DNA from: Paraspadella gotoi
Lineage: Eukaryota > Animalia > Chaetognatha
Direction: 5' to 3'
Assembly: GCA_051294375.1 (NCBI GenBank)
Contig: JBJCIZ010000239.1
Coordinates: 3,948,402-4,012,401 of the forward strand
Length of the DNA: 64,000 bases
A program made the position numbers and the translations under genes. The notes under the pieces were generated by a model, which saw nothing but the letters and a program-made list of their open reading frames with translations, had not been told where the DNA came from and made no database searches. Below, piece by piece: positions 39,271 through 53,950 of this stretch (position 1 is the stretch's first letter; every line of letters starts with the position of its first letter).

Positions 39271-39830
39271 TTTAGTTGCGCCACGAGTACTCGCGGAGCA
39301 ACTCTATAAGTCACTTTTCGGTCGGTCTGTCGGTCGTTTGGTATGTCTGTCCGCTGGTCTATCCCACTTATATTAAAAATGCATATAATTCGCTTATAGT
39401 TAGTTGCTCATTTGTTAAGACAGGAAAAAACCTCAAATCTAAGTGACTGCTGTTGCCGGCTTCAGGAATTTCTAAAACTATAAGGAATAAAAGACGGAAT
39501 TTAGAACCAGTGCATATCATATATACAAGTTTTTTAGTCATGTCATATCATGTCATATCCTGTGATATAGGGAAATACACGTGAAAATAAATCACTGCGG
39601 CGCAACACATTGGAATCACCATTCTTGTTATATGATCACGTGACTACGCAAGTATGAAATAAATGCACATTCAACATCTTATTGTGCTCAATCTTGCAAC
39701 AAAATATTGTTAAAAGTAAGTATTAGCTGAATGATGAAAATTTAAAATATAAATAAAAATGACAAACTGACAGACCGACAAAAAAAGTAACTTATAGAGT
39801 CGCTTTGCGATTTGCTCGCGGTGCAACTAA
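39271..39830. mobile_element. Element bounded by two inverted copies of the HINE-like hairpin terminus
   Basis: Left end TTAGTTGCGCCACGAGTACTCGCGGAGCAACTCTATAAGTCACTTTTCGGTCGG; right end GACCGAC..AAAGTAACTTATAGAGTCGC...CTCGCGGTGCAACTAA. Confidence 0.55.
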
Positions 39831-39992
39831 GGAAGAAGAATAAGAAGAAGCCAAGAATTATTTGTTTACTCAACCATTTATCTTCAGAAAGAGACAAACA
39901 AGAGAAGAAAAAAAATTTGGGGGGAGAGATAGAACCGTAAAAATGTTTTTCTTTCTTTCTCTTTTGAGAGAGAGAGAGAGAGAGAGAGTGGG

Positions 39993-40051
<59 letters not shown>

Positions 40052-41816
40052 TGATAGAAAAATGGATAGCAAAAATATCTAAAAAGCCGGTTCTATTTCT
40101 TTCGTGGAAAGTTTGAAATTTTGTTAATCTATTAATCATCTCCATTAACATATAAACATTAACATCTATATATTATAGAATTTAAGACTGCAATATCTTT
40201 TACCTATTTGTTGAATGTTATGCCTTATCCTCCCTATTTTTGATATCTTTCTCTCTCTGTCCCCAAAATTAAGCACTCAATCAATTTTTGCACACGTTTC
40301 TCAAACTATGAGAGAGATTTCCTGATTAGTTTTTAGTCTCATTTATGAACTCAATAGAAACTAATTGCCCGGAAGAAACCTTAAGTTTCCAAAGGACTTT
40401 TTTGCAAGAATAAAAGCTTAAATATACAATTTAAGACATTTTTTTTGGAACTCATGTTAATCAGTTCGTCCAGGCGAAGACTCGAACGCTCGACTTTGAT
40501 AGTATGAGAAGAAAAACATCTCACAGTAAAAATGAGGTTTCTTCCATGCGATGAGTTTCTATTGAGTTCATAAATGAAACTAAAAACTAATCAGAAATCT
40601 TCTCTCTTACTTTGAGAAACGCGCGCGAAAATTGACCGAACGCTTAATTTTGGGGACAGAGAAAGATATCAAAAAATAGGGAGGATAAGGCATAACATTC
40701 AACACTATTAATTCAGCAAATGACGTCTTGTTTTAGGTCGAAACAACTTCAAAAACAACGGGAAAACTTCAAAAACATTAAGCATTAAATTCGCAAATTG
40801 GCCTCATCCCTTATGGCCTTTAAGGACATAACATAACATAACATAATATAACATAACATTCACTCTGCTTTCGCAAGTTTCTAAGAGGAACGTCTTTCCT
40901 ACCAATCTGTAACGCAATAATAAACCAAGCATTTCAGCAAGCAATAAGAAGTTCCTCTTGCTTGCCACAAAACTGTTTTTCTCTTTTCCTTTCTTCATTG
41001 TCTTTGTTGTTATCGATTTCGTCGTCGTCGTCGTCGTCGTCACGTAATAAATGAGATAAAAAATAAGAAATAAAGGAAAATCATCAATCACCTCTTCTCT
41101 TTTCTTCTCTTTTCTTCTCTTCTCTTCTCTTTTCTTCTCTCTTTTTCTTCTCTTTTCTCTTACTTTTTCCTTTTCTTTTTACTTTCTTCGCCTCATTATT
41201 TCCTCCTTTTCTTCATATCTTCTTTACTTTTATCCTCCTAATATCTTTTTTTATTTTCCTCCCTTTTTTTCTTACTTTTCCCTTCCTTAATCCTATCCTT
41301 CTTTTCCTTCTTAGACTCTTTTTATTTCTCTCTTTTCCTTCATTTCTATTTATTTTCCTCCCTTTTATTTCTCCTTTCCTTCCTTTCTCTCTCCTTTGCT
41401 TTCTTTCTATTTCCTTTCTTCCCTTTTATTTCTCCTTTCCTTTCTTTCTATTTCCTTTCTTACCTTTTATTTCTCCTTTCCTTTCTTTCTATTTCCTTTC
41501 CTCCCTTATGTTTTTCCTTTCCTTCGTTTTCGTTCATTTTTCTCTTTTTCTTTTGCTTCCTCCTTTCTTCCCTTTCCTTCTCCTCTCCTCTATTCTCTCT
41601 TCTTTCCTTTCTTTCACCTTTCCTTTCTTTATTTTTTTGATAACTCTCTTTTAGTTCCTCTCTTTTCTCTTTCCCTCCCTCCTCTTCCTCCTCTTCCTCC
41701 TCTTTCACTTCCTTCCTCCCTCGATTCTCCTTCCCGACCTCAGCGGTCATTTTCTCCCACTTCTTTGTCTTTTGCAAAAACCTCTCTCTCTCTATCTGTG
41801 TCTCTCTCTCTCTCTC

Positions 41817-41859
<43 letters not shown>

Positions 41860-42039
41860 GAGGAGAGAGAGAGAGAGAGAGGCGAGAGAGAGAGTGCCCC
41901 CAGAACAACGATTCCAGGCAAACGTCCGAAATATTGACCGTCGCCGTGATTTATCAGACGGCTTCGGTCCCATGGTTTCCGGCTCAATCAAATCCCTCCC
42001 AAAGTTCTCTCTCTCTCTCTCTCTCTTCTCTCTACTCTC

Positions 42040-42072
<33 letters not shown>

Positions 42073-43419
42073 TCTCTTTCCTTTTNNNNNNNNNNNNNNN
42101 NNNNNNNNNNNNNNNNNNNNNNNNNNNNNNNNNNNNNNNNNNNNNNNNNNNNCTCTCTCTCTCACAACGTTGACCGATGTCTCAATCCCATTCTTACGTT
42201 TCTTTTCCTAATCGTCGAACAAATTTCGGTGGGAAAGAATATTATTTTCGCGGAAACGAAGCGATGTAGCGGATATTATATTAATTAATTAATTTTATCG
42301 TTGAACTAATGATTAAAGACGGAGAGAGAGACCAACGGAATGACTGAAACGACAGAAAGAGAAGAAAAAGAGAAAGGGAAAGAGAGAGACAGANNNNNNN
42401 NNNNNNNNAAAAAACACATATTTTCCCCCATCTCTCTCTTCTCCATTTTTTCAATGATTTTTTTTCTTTTTTATTATCAACCGCAATCTTTTTTCTTTCC
42501 TAATCTCTCTTATTCTTTATTCCCCTAACTTTATACCCTTAGGTTCCTTTCTTTTTCTTTCTCTCTTTTCCCCTCCTTCTTTCCCCCCTTTCTTTTCTCT
42601 CCTTTTTTTCTGCCCTTCCAGTATTTTTATTTACTTTCTCCCAATTTTTTTTTGTTTTTCCTTTCAACTAATTTTATGTATTTACATCTTAGAAACAAAG
42701 TTTGAAATAATTGGCAATAACAATTTATTATCAANNNNNNNNNNNNNNNNNNNNNNNNNNNNNNNNNNNNNNNNNNNNNNNNNNNNNNNNNNNNNNNNNN
42801 NNNNNNNNNNNNNNNNNNNNNNNNNNNNNNNNNNNNNNNNNNNNNNNNNNNNNNNNNNNNNNNNNNNNNNNNNNNNNNNNNNNNNNNNNNNNNNNNNNNN
42901 NNNNNNTTTAGTTTGTGAAAATATTAGACAGATTTTGTGTAGAAGGAGAAAGTGAGAGAGAGAGAGAGGGCAAAGTTTCTCTGTTTCTCTCTCTCTCCCC
43001 ATCTTCTAAATCTCTAATAATTTCACAAACTAAATTGACGCTGAAGAAGGCTTGTAAAAAATAAATTGTTATTGCCAATTATTTCAAACTCTGTCTCTAA
43101 TCTCTAATCACAACGAAAGAAAGGATTACAAAACAATGCATTTACATCAAATAATATTTTGAAATATAATATATATGCAAATACATACATTTTCTTACAA
43201 ATTAAATTCTTAAATGAAAAACTTTTTATTCTATTTGGTTGTTAAAAAATACATAATTATTCTTTTTCTTTCCCTCTTTAGAACGAACAAAGAAGTAACT
43301 GAAATAAAATCGAATGAATGAAAATAATTAATAAAAAAATTATTATAAAAATTTAAGAATTANNNNNNNNNNGACGATGACGAAAATAAGGATAAGATTG
43401 ACGTGAAAAATACGATAAA

Positions 43420-43453
<34 letters not shown>

Positions 43454-44718
43454 TCTCAGAAATCGATCTCGTGGGTGAAATGAGTGAAGAAGTCATTTCC
43501 GGTTGATGGAAGGAAGACGATGACGACGACAATAAAGATGACAAAGACGACAATGATAAAGATGACGATGATGACAACAATGATAACTTTAACGACGACG
43601 ATAACAACGACGATGATGATAAAGATGACATTTATGGCAACGATGATGATAAAGATGAAAACGACAACGACTATGATAATGACAATGACAACAATAAATA
43701 TTATGACGATGACAAAGATAATGACGACGAATAAGATGACAATAATCATGAGAAGATAAGGATGACAACGACGATGAGGACATGATGACGACAACGACGA
43801 CGACGTTTACGATAAGGACGACGACGATTATGACGATGACGATAAAGACGACGACGATGACGACTAATACGACGACGATGACGATAAAGACGACGACGAT
43901 GACGATGATGATGACGACGACGACAATGACGACGGTAACGATAAGGACGATGACAAATGTGACGACGACGATGATGACGACGACAATGACGATAAAGACG
44001 ACGACGATGATGATGACGATGTCGACGACGATAACGACGACGTTAACGACGAAAGCGTTTTAGAGAAAACGACGTCGAAATTAAGGAAAACGGCGATAGA
44101 CCGAATGTCCAGCGGTGACAGGCGTGAGAGAGCAGAGAAAGAGAGAGAGAGAGAGAGAGAGAGGAGAAGAGAGAGAGAGAGAGAGAGAGAAGAAGAGAGA
44201 GAGAGAAGAAGCAGATGGCAACGTCACTGGGGAAATGCTCGAAGCAGTTAAGGATATACGACGAATTGTTGAATGTTTTATAAACGAGATATCAAATCTT
44301 AATGTTTAACATTATTTATTGTTATTTATTGATGCGAAAAAGATTTGTATTTAAAAAAAAGGGGAATTCATTTCTTTTTTTTAAATTCCGGTGATAAAAA
44401 GTTCGAGGAAAACTTAAAAATTATGATTTAAACTAAAAAAAATAAAGATTTTCAGACTGAAAAAAAAAAGGAAATAAATTTTGTTTCGTGTTTTTTTTTG
44501 TTTTTTTTTTTGGTTTTTCTTTAAGTTTTTCTTTATGTTTTTTGTTTTATTCGTTTATTTATTATTTAAAAAAAAATTTACAAAAATACTTTTACAAATG
44601 ACAAATGACGATTTTTGATGTTGAGTTGTGTCTCTTTTTTTAAAGGAAGGTCGTTTATCAGTTTTCGTGAGACGGTTATATTTTAAAGGAAGATGAGAAT
44701 AAGTATTATAAAAAAGGG

Positions 44719-44805
<87 letters not shown>

Positions 44806-45658
44806 AGGAAAACGAGAAAGATAAAAAGAAAAAAAAAACAAATAAAGACAAAGAAAAAAGAAAAGAAAAGAAAATTGCAGCGAGAAAATATCCGTCACAA
44901 AATGAAAGGGGCGTTGACCGACGAGCATCACATTGTGTCAATCGCCGCTTTTATTGACCAATAAGAGACGTGATTTACGACCCTCTAGCCAATCAGGATT
45001 CGAGACGGAAGTAATCGTTGAGAACGTGAGTACGAGGGTCGATAGAAATCAAAATAGGGCAAAGGAGATCGGAGTGGCCACAATGGCGAAATGCGAAGTG
45101 GTTATTCAAACACTCTTGAAGATGACCTATAATCAGGTCAATGGTACCGGAACCTGCCCCTTTAATCGAAAAGAGGGCCAAAGGGTCGTGCCCCATACTT
45201 TTGAGGGGAATAAAGCTCCTTTAATCTGAAATGGAGCAGCGGGGTACAAAACTTCAAATCTGGAAAGTGTCGCAGAATAACTTGGGGTTAAATCTCGAAT
45301 CAGATTGAGTTATAAAATCTCATTTGCATATTGTAACAATTTATATTATCTCTCATATCTTTTAAGTTTTAATATATAATTTCTTTTCAATCGTATATTA
45401 CTATTTTAAGGTTTTAATAAGGTTTGATAATGATTTAGTTTTCTAAATAATATTTTATAGTAGTGTTGTAGCTTTAAAAAGTAAAATATTTTTCTCGTTA
45501 TAAAAGATAGTCTCATGTTTAATAGAAAAATAAAATTCAGTTTTCTCTTTCTTAGTTTATAACTTTAAAAAAATATTGTTTTTATTGATACCGTTGTTGT
45601 TTTTCTATTTAACATTTGCGTTAATATCGTTTTTGTTATTAATAAAAAAAAAAAAAGT

Positions 45659-45700
45659 ACTCTTGATCCTGGGGTCGTGGGTTCGAGCCCCACATTGGGC
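45659..45700 (+). pseudogene. 3' half of a tRNA-Lys(CTT)-like sequence (tRNA fragment or SINE head remnant)
   Basis: ACTCTTGATCCTGGGGTCGTGGGTTCGAGCCCCACATTGGGC closely follows the metazoan tRNA-Lys-CTT anticodon arm, T arm and acceptor; the 5' half is replaced by a poly-A run. Confidence 0.65.
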
Positions 45701-45919
45701 TCCCCTGGGGACTTGGAGAGCGAGCTCGAGGACCGAACCAGTAAAGTAAGTGAAAAGAAAAAAATATAAAGCGAAGGGTGTTATACAGGAATATACATTA
45801 TATAATATACAATATACATTCAAACGCGAATGTAGTCAGCGGTGGTCTGTGGGTCCGATGACCGACTCGACGGGTGAAGGACTGAATCTCGGGGGGGGAA
45901 AAACCTTCAATCTATAATC

Positions 45920-46134
45920 GGAACTGTATTTTCTGAAAAGGGGCAGGAGCGTACTCTTATGACTCTTATCCTTAATTTATACCCCTAACCTTAAACCATA
46001 GTCCCTAACCCTAATGACTATCCTAATCCCTAACCTTAATCGCTTGCCTCATCCCTAACCTCCAATCTTTAACTCAAAATATTAACCTAATTCCAAATTT
46101 AAAATCAAATTGGGCGTTATGGGAAAATAAGGCC
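45920..46134. mobile_element. Copy of the telomere-like-core MITE
   Basis: CCCTAACC-rich core ending in GGGCGTTATGGGAAAATAAGGCC. Confidence 0.5.
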
Positions 46135-46138
46135 GCTC

Positions 46139-46160
46139 GCTAGCTAGCTAGCTAGCTAGC

Positions 46161-46211
<51 letters not shown>

Positions 46212-46240
46212 CTAGCTAATTAGTTAATTAGTTAGCTAGC

Positions 46241-46275
<35 letters not shown>

Positions 46276-46281
46276 CTAGCT
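46139..46281 (+). repeat. (TAGC)n/(TAGT)n compound tetranucleotide microsatellite
   Basis: Read directly. Confidence 0.95.
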
Positions 46282-48912
46282 CTAAGGGAGAGCGAGGTTG
46301 TCACGTTTGTCACGGTCACTGTCACGGCTGTCACGGTGCTTGAGGATAAAGTCCCTTTAATTGGAAAAAAAGGGGCCGAGTTGTTCAACCCCCGCCCCTC
46401 CAAATCTGAAGGGGGGATTAAAGCCCTTTACATTTGAAAAGAGGCAGGGGGGGAAAGACCCTCAAATCTTGAAAGGGGGGGCTTGGGGCTAAAAAGCCCC
46501 TCAGAGAAGAAAAGAGAAGAGAAGAGAAGAGAAGAGAAGAGAAGAGAAGAGAAGAGAAGAGAAGAGAAGAGAAGAGAAGAGACAAAATCCTTTTCTTCGG
46601 CTCTGGAATAAAATCAACGGTCGTATTATTCGTCGTAGCAATGAGGACGACGACGAAGACGACGACGACGAAGACGACGGTGACAACGACGACGACGAGT
46701 AAAATGACGATGATAGCGACGACGACGACGACGACGACGACGCCAATAAAGGAAATAGAGACTAATAAAAAGACGAAATCAAGAAGAATGAAAGGATTGG
46801 ATTTGGGAAAAGAGAAGGAGGAAGGAGGGAAGAAGAGGAGGAAGAAGAGGAGGAAGGAGGAAAGGGAGGAAGAAAGAAGTAGTAAGAGGGAACAGAAAAA
46901 GAGGACAGAGAAAGAAAGTAGGAAGATATGAGAAAGAAAAGATGAATGTAATGTTTAATACATAATTTCTTGATATTCAGCTCCTTGTGAGTTGCGCAGC
47001 GAGTTCTCTGGGTAGTACTCGGTCGGTCGGTCTGTCGCTCGGTCGGTCTGTTGGTTTGTCTAACTTACATTTCGAATGATTATAAATGCTCTCTAACTTT
47101 CCAATGATTTTTTTGTTGTTGTTGTTGTTTATAAAGAAATCGAATGAACAAATAAAGAATAAAAGACAAAATTTCGATGCAATTTTTATTGAACGCTCAT
47201 TGGCCCTTTTGATGCGTGACTTGTCACATTGACCATGTGATCACTCGGAAATAAATATGAGAAAGTTAGTGCGGCGCAACACATTGGTATTCCAGTTTCT
47301 GTTGTTTGATACTATTGCGGAGTATGACATAGCACTCCCCGATAAAATACTTGAGTTGAGACAGGGTTAACTGAAACTGTTTAGTGAGATATTATTATAC
47401 CACTTCACTGAAAGGGAAGCCAGGTACTCTGGGAGTGAATATACTAGACAGTGAGTGAGTCTTGATTTTAAAGTTGTACCAATTTTACGGTATCAAAAGG
47501 AAAAAAATGCTGGAAAAGAAAAGTAAATCATCTGGAAGACGAAAACTACGAAAGCGACAGATGCAACGACAACAACGACGACCACAACGACAACAACGAC
47601 GACAACAACGACGACAACAACAACGACAAAGTCCTTCCTCCATATTTGTCCTTTTTTTCTTTTTTACTTTTTTTTTCACTTTCTTTCCTTCCATGTCATT
47701 TCGGTTATTTNNNNNNNNNNNNNNNNNNNNNNNNNNNNNNNNNNNNNNNNNNNNNNNNNNNNNNNNNNNNNNNNNNNNNNNNNNNNNNNNNNNNNNNNNN
47801 NNNNNNNNNNNNNNNNNNNNNNNNNNNNNNNNNNNNNNNNNNNNNNNNNNNNNNNNNNNNNNNNNNNNNNNNNNNNNNNNNNNNNNNNNNNNNNNNNNNN
47901 NNNNNNNNNNNNNNNNNNNNNNNNNNNNNNNNNNNNNNNNNNNNNNNNNNNNNNNNNNNNNNNNNNNNNNNNNNNNNNNNNNNNNNNNNNNNNNNNNNNN
48001 NNNNNNNNNNNNNNNNNNNNNNNNNNNNNNNNNNNNNNNNNNNNNNNNNNNNNNNNNNNNNNNNNNNNNNNNNNNNNNNNNNNNNNNNNNNNNNNNNNNN
48101 NNNNNNNNNNNNNNNNNNNNNNNNNNNNNNNNNNNNNNNNNNNNNNNNNNNNNNNNNNNNNNNNNNNNNNNNNNNNNNNCATCGTTCATCGTCATTCTTC
48201 CTCGTTCATAGTCGTTGTTCATCGTCATTCTTTCTCGTTCGTCGTCGTCGTTAATCGTTCATCGTCATTCTTTCTCGTTCATCGTNNNNNNNNNNNNNNN
48301 NNNNNNNNNNAACGACAGCATGAAACGAGAAGAATGACATGAACGAACGATTAAATGAGGGAAGAATGGACGATGAACGATCTGCACAGCATGAATGAGA
48401 AAAAGACGATGACAACGATGACGAATAACGAGAAAGCCAATGACGCATAAACGATCGACGACGGACGACCCATTGAACGAGACAAGAATGGACGATGAGA
48501 ACGCAGGGAAGAATTGACGTGAACGATGAAACACGAATGAGACCAAAACGCACTGACGACTGAACGATACGACACGAGAACAAGATGACGATGAACAACG
48601 GACCTATTGAACGAAGGAAGATGACGATAACGATGACGATGAATGACGACAGAATGACGCATGAACGAGTGAACGAGAAAGAATGACGACATTGGAACCG
48701 AGAAAGAATGACGATGAACGATGAACGAGAAATGAATGAACGGAAGCATGACGCATGAGCAACGCATTGACGCATGAAGTACGATGAGAGCACATCGACG
48801 CACTGAGACGACGACGACGACGAACTACGTCGAACGACGATTCGTTTAAGATGAGAAAAAACGGAGATTTTTCCGGAGAAATCGTGAAAAATGATTCTTT
48901 TTTTTTCTTGGA

Positions 48913-48957
<45 letters not shown>

Positions 48958-49039
48958 ATTTGTTTTTTTTTTCCCCTTGCTAAAATTATCTTCTCTCTCT
49001 CTCTCTCTCTCTCGTCTCTCTCTTTCTTTCCTCGTCATC

Positions 49040-49415
49040 TCAACAGACCGTGACCGATGCTCTCCCATTCTTACGTTTCTTTCTATCGTCGAACTAATAT
49101 TTCGGTTGGAAAAATATTATTTTTCGCGGTATATACGAAGCGGATGTAGCGGGAATTATATTAATTAATTAATTTTATCGTTGAACTTAATGATTTAAAG
49201 ACGTGAAGTAGAGACACGGAATGACTTGAATACTGAACAGGAAAGAGAAGAAAAAGAAAGGGAATAATGAGGAGATGGATCAGAAGAAAGATAGAATAAA
49301 GAAGTAAAAATTATCAGCCAGTATGATTCGAATCAGTACGAATTCAGACGCGATAAAGAGAGAGATTATGGTTATTTGAAGAATAGAGAGAGGAGAGAGA
49401 GAGAGAGAGTAGGAT

Positions 49416-49476
<61 letters not shown>

Positions 49477-52400
49477 CATTGTGCAATCATTTCAGGTCCA
49501 ATAAGAACAAAATCGCAATATGAAGAAAGACGATCGATGACGCACACAACGACGATGACTTTGACTGACCAACGCGATGACGGGCGACAATGCGATGATG
49601 CGTACGAAAATAGGATAAGATTGACGTGAAAAATACATAAAGACCGGACGACGGTCGTGTACGACGACTGACACGGAACGTCTCAAGAATCGATCTCGTG
49701 GGTTGAAATGTGAAGAAGTCATTTCCGGTTGTGGAAGAGAGACGATCGGAGCGATCGACCAATAAAGGGTAAAGATGAAGCAAAGACGACATGAATAAGA
49801 GATGACGATGTATGACAACAATGATAACTTTAAACGACGTACCCGATAAGCAACGACGATGAGATATCAAGATACATTTTATGGCAACTTGGAGGATGAT
49901 GATAAAAGATTGAAACGACAACGATGATGCTATAACAATGACAAACAATAAATATTATGACGATGACAAAGATAATGACGACGAATAATGACAAATATCA
50001 TGGATAGGTCGACAACGACGATGAGGCATGATGACCGACAACACGACGACGACGTTTTACCCGAATAAGGACGACGACGATTATGACGATGACGATAAAG
50101 ACGACGAACGATGACGACTATACCGGCTGTCGAGTGAGACAAATGACGACGGTATACGATAAGGACGATGACCAAATTGACGAACGACGATGAATGGACG
50201 CGACGACAATGACGATAAAAGACGACGAACGAATGATGATGACGAATGTGCGAACGACGATAACGACGACGTTAACAGACGAAAGCGTTGTTAGAGAAAA
50301 CGACGTCGAAATTAAGGAAAACTGGCGATAGACTGAGAATGTCCAGCGGTGACAAGACGTGAGAAGAGAGAGAAAGAGAGAGAGAAGAGAGAGAGAGAGA
50401 GACAGAAGAAGGAGAGATGAGAGAGAGAAAAAAAAGAAAGGGAAAAGACGACAAAAAAAATGGCAACGTCACTGGGAAATTGCTCGAAGCAGTTAAGGAT
50501 ATAACGACGAATTGTTTGAAGTGTTTTATAAACGAGATTATCAATCTTAATTGTTTAACTATTATTTATTGTTATTTATTGATGCGAAACGAGTTTGTAT
50601 GTAAAAAGGAATTCCATTCTTTTTTTTAAAATTCCGGTGATAAGAAAGTCGAGGAAACTTAAAAATTATGATTTAAACAAAAAAATACAGATTTCAGACT
50701 AAAAAAAAGAAAAATAAATTTTTGTTTCGTTTTTTTTTTTTGCGTTTTATTGTATATTCTTTAAGTTTTTCGTCTTTAATGTTTTTTGTTTATCTTTATT
50801 TATTTATTTAAAATAAAATTTACAAAAATACTTGTATTAGCAAATGACGAAATGACGAATTTTGATGTTGAAGTTGTGTCTCTTCTTTATGGAGTGTTAT
50901 ATCAGTTTCGTGAGATGGTTATATTTTAAAGGAAAGATGGAGAGTAAGTATTATAAAAAAGGGAGAAAAGAAAGAAAGAAGAAAGAAAAGAAAGAAAGAA
51001 AGAAAGAAAGAAAGAACAGAAAGCAAGAAAGGAAAGAAAGAAAGAAGGAAAACGAGATAAACAACAAAATAAACGACAAAGAAAAGAAAAAAAAGAAATT
51101 GCAGCGAAGAAAATATCCGTCACAAAATGAAAGGGGCGTTGACGCGACGAGCATCACATTGTAAATCGCCGCTTTTATTGACCGAAAAGAAGACGTGGAT
51201 TTATCCGAACGCCTCGTAGCCAATACAGCGGGATTCGAGACGGAAGTAACGTTGAGGAACGTGATAACGAGGGTGCGATAGAAATCAAAATAGGGCAAGG
51301 TCGGAGTGGCCTGGCGTGCGGTGGTATCACACTCTTGAAGATGACCTATAATCAGGTCAATGGTACCCGAACCTGCCCCTTTAATCTACGAAAAGAGGCC
51401 AAAGGGTCGGCCCCATACTTTTGAGGGGAATAAAGCTCCTTAATCTTGAAATGGAGGCAGCGGGTACAAAACTTCAAATCTGGAAAGTGGTCGCAGAATA
51501 ACTGTGGGGTTAAATCTTCGAGTCAAGATTGAGGTTATAACAAATCTTCATTTGCATATGTAACAATTATATTAAATCTCTCCATAATCTTTTAAAGTTT
51601 AATATATTATTCCTTTATTCAATCGTAATATTAACTATTTTAAGGTTTTAATAAGGTTGATAATGATTTAGTTTCTAAATAATATTTTTATAGTAGTGTT
51701 GTCGCTTTAAAGTATAAAAAAAAATATTTTTCTGTTATAAAAGAATGTCTCATGTTTAATAGAAAAGTAAATTCAGTTTCTCTTTCTTAGTTTATAACTT
51801 TAAAAAAATATTGTTTTTATTGATACCCGTTGTTGTTTTTCTATTTAAAATTTGCCGGTTATATATCGTTTTTGTTATTAATAAAAAAAAAAAAGTACTA
51901 TTGATCCTGGGTCGTGGGTTCAGAGCCCCACATTGGGGCCTCCTGGGGATTGAGAGCGCAGCTCGAGGACCGAAACTCAGTAAATGTAAGTGAAAAAGAA
52001 AAAATATAAAGGCGAAGGGTGTTATAGCAGGAATAGTAAACATTATATATATCAATATAATTCAAACGCGAATGGTAGTCAGCGGTGGTCTGTGGGTGCC
52101 CGATGACGCGACTCACGGGTGAAGACTGGAAACCTCGGGGGAAAAAACCCTTCAACTTAATGCCGGAACTGTAATTTTCTGAAAAGGGGCCAGGAGCGTA
52201 CTCTTGATGAACTCTTATCCTTAATTTATAGCCGACCAACCTTAAACCAGTAGTCCCTAACCTAATGACGTGATCCTGAATCCCTAACCTTAATCGCTTG
52301 CCTCATCCCTAACCCTCCAACCTTTAACTCAAAATAATTAACCTAATTCCAAATTTTAAAAATCAAATTTGGGCGTTAATGGAAAATAAGGCCGCTCGCT

Positions 52401-53950
52401 AGCTAGCTAGCTAGCTAGCTTTAGCTAGTTAGTTAGTTAGCTTAAGTTAGTTAGTTAGTTAGTTAGTTAGTTTAGTTAGTTAGTTAGTTAGTTAGCTAGC
52501 TCTAAGGGAGAGCGAGGTTGTCAAGCGTTTGTCACGGTCACTGTCAAGGCTGTCAGCGGTGCTTGAGGATAAAGTCCTCTTTAAATTGGAAAAAAGGGGC
52601 GACGTGTGTTCAAACCCCCCTGCCAAATCTTGAAGGGGGGATTAAAGCCCTTACGATTTGAAAAGAGGCAGGGGGGAAAGACCGCAAATCTTGAAGGGGG
52701 GCTTGGGCTAAAAAGCCCTCAAGAAGAAAAAGAGAAGAGAAGAAAAGAGAGAGTAAGAGAAGAGAAGAGAAGAGAAAGAGAGAGAACAAAATCCTTTTCT
52801 TCGGCTCTGGAATAATCAACGGTCGTATTATTCGTTACGACGATAGGACGACGACGAAAGACGACGAACGACGAAGACGGACGGTGACAACGACGACGAC
52901 GAGTAAAATGACGATGATAGCGACGAACGACGACGCCAAATAAAGGAAATAGAGACTAATAAAAAGACGAAATCAAGAAGAATAAAGGATTGGATTTGGG
53001 GAAAAGAGAAGGAGGAAGGAGGGAAGAAGAGGAGGAAGAAGAGGAGACAGGGGAAAGGGAGGAAGAAAGAAGTAGTAAGAGGGAACAACGGTAGAAAAGA
53101 GGACAGGAAAGAAAGTAGGAAGATATGAAGAAAAGAAAAGATGAATGTATGTTTTGAATACATAATTTCTTGGATATTCCACTCCTTGTGAAGTTGCGGC
53201 AGTACGATTCTCTGGGTAGTACCCGTCGGGTCGGTCTGTCGCTCGTCAGACGGATCTGGTGTTTGTCTAAACTTACATTTCGGATGAATTATAAATGCTC
53301 TCTAACTTCCCCATGATTTTTTTTGTTGTTGTGTTGTTTTATAAAAGAAATCGAATGAACAAACTATAAGAATAAAAGACAAAATTTCGATGCGAATTTT
53401 TATTGAGACGCTCATGTGGCCCTTTTTGATGCGTGACTTGTCCACATTGACCATGTGGATCAACTCGGAAATAAATATGAGGAAAGTAGTGCGGCGCAAC
53501 AACACTTGGTTAATTCCAGTTTCTGTGTTGATACTTATTGCGGAAGTATGACATAGCCACTCCCGTGTCGAATAAATACTTGAGTTGAAGACACAGGGTT
53601 AACTGAAACTGTTTAGTGAGATAATATTATGACCTACTTCACTGAAAGGGAAGCCAGGTACTCTGGAGTGAGAATACTAATACTAGACAGTGATTGAGTC
53701 TTGATTTAAAGTTGTACCAATTTTACGGTATCAAAAGGAAAAAAATGCTGCGAATAGAAAAGTAAAATCATCTGAAGACGAAAACTACGAAAGCGAAGAT
53801 GGCAACGACAACAACGACGACCACAACGACAACAACGACGACAACAACGACGACAACAACCAAGCGACATAAGTCCTTCCTGCCATATTTGTCCTTTTTT
53901 CTTTTGTAACGTTTTTTTTCACTTTCTTTCCTTCCATGTCATTTCGGTTA
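49040..53950 (+). repeat. Indel-rich second copy of ~42160-47710 (probable assembly duplication)
   Basis: Colinear matches (42170/49050, 43380/49605, 44880/51100, 45660/51895, 47700/53945) that differ mainly by 1-2 nt indels. Confidence 0.85.

Noticed and set aside
42160-53950. Biological ~5.5 kb tandem segmental duplication
   Set aside because: The second copy differs by dense 1-2 nt indels typical of uncorrected long reads and lies next to gaps.
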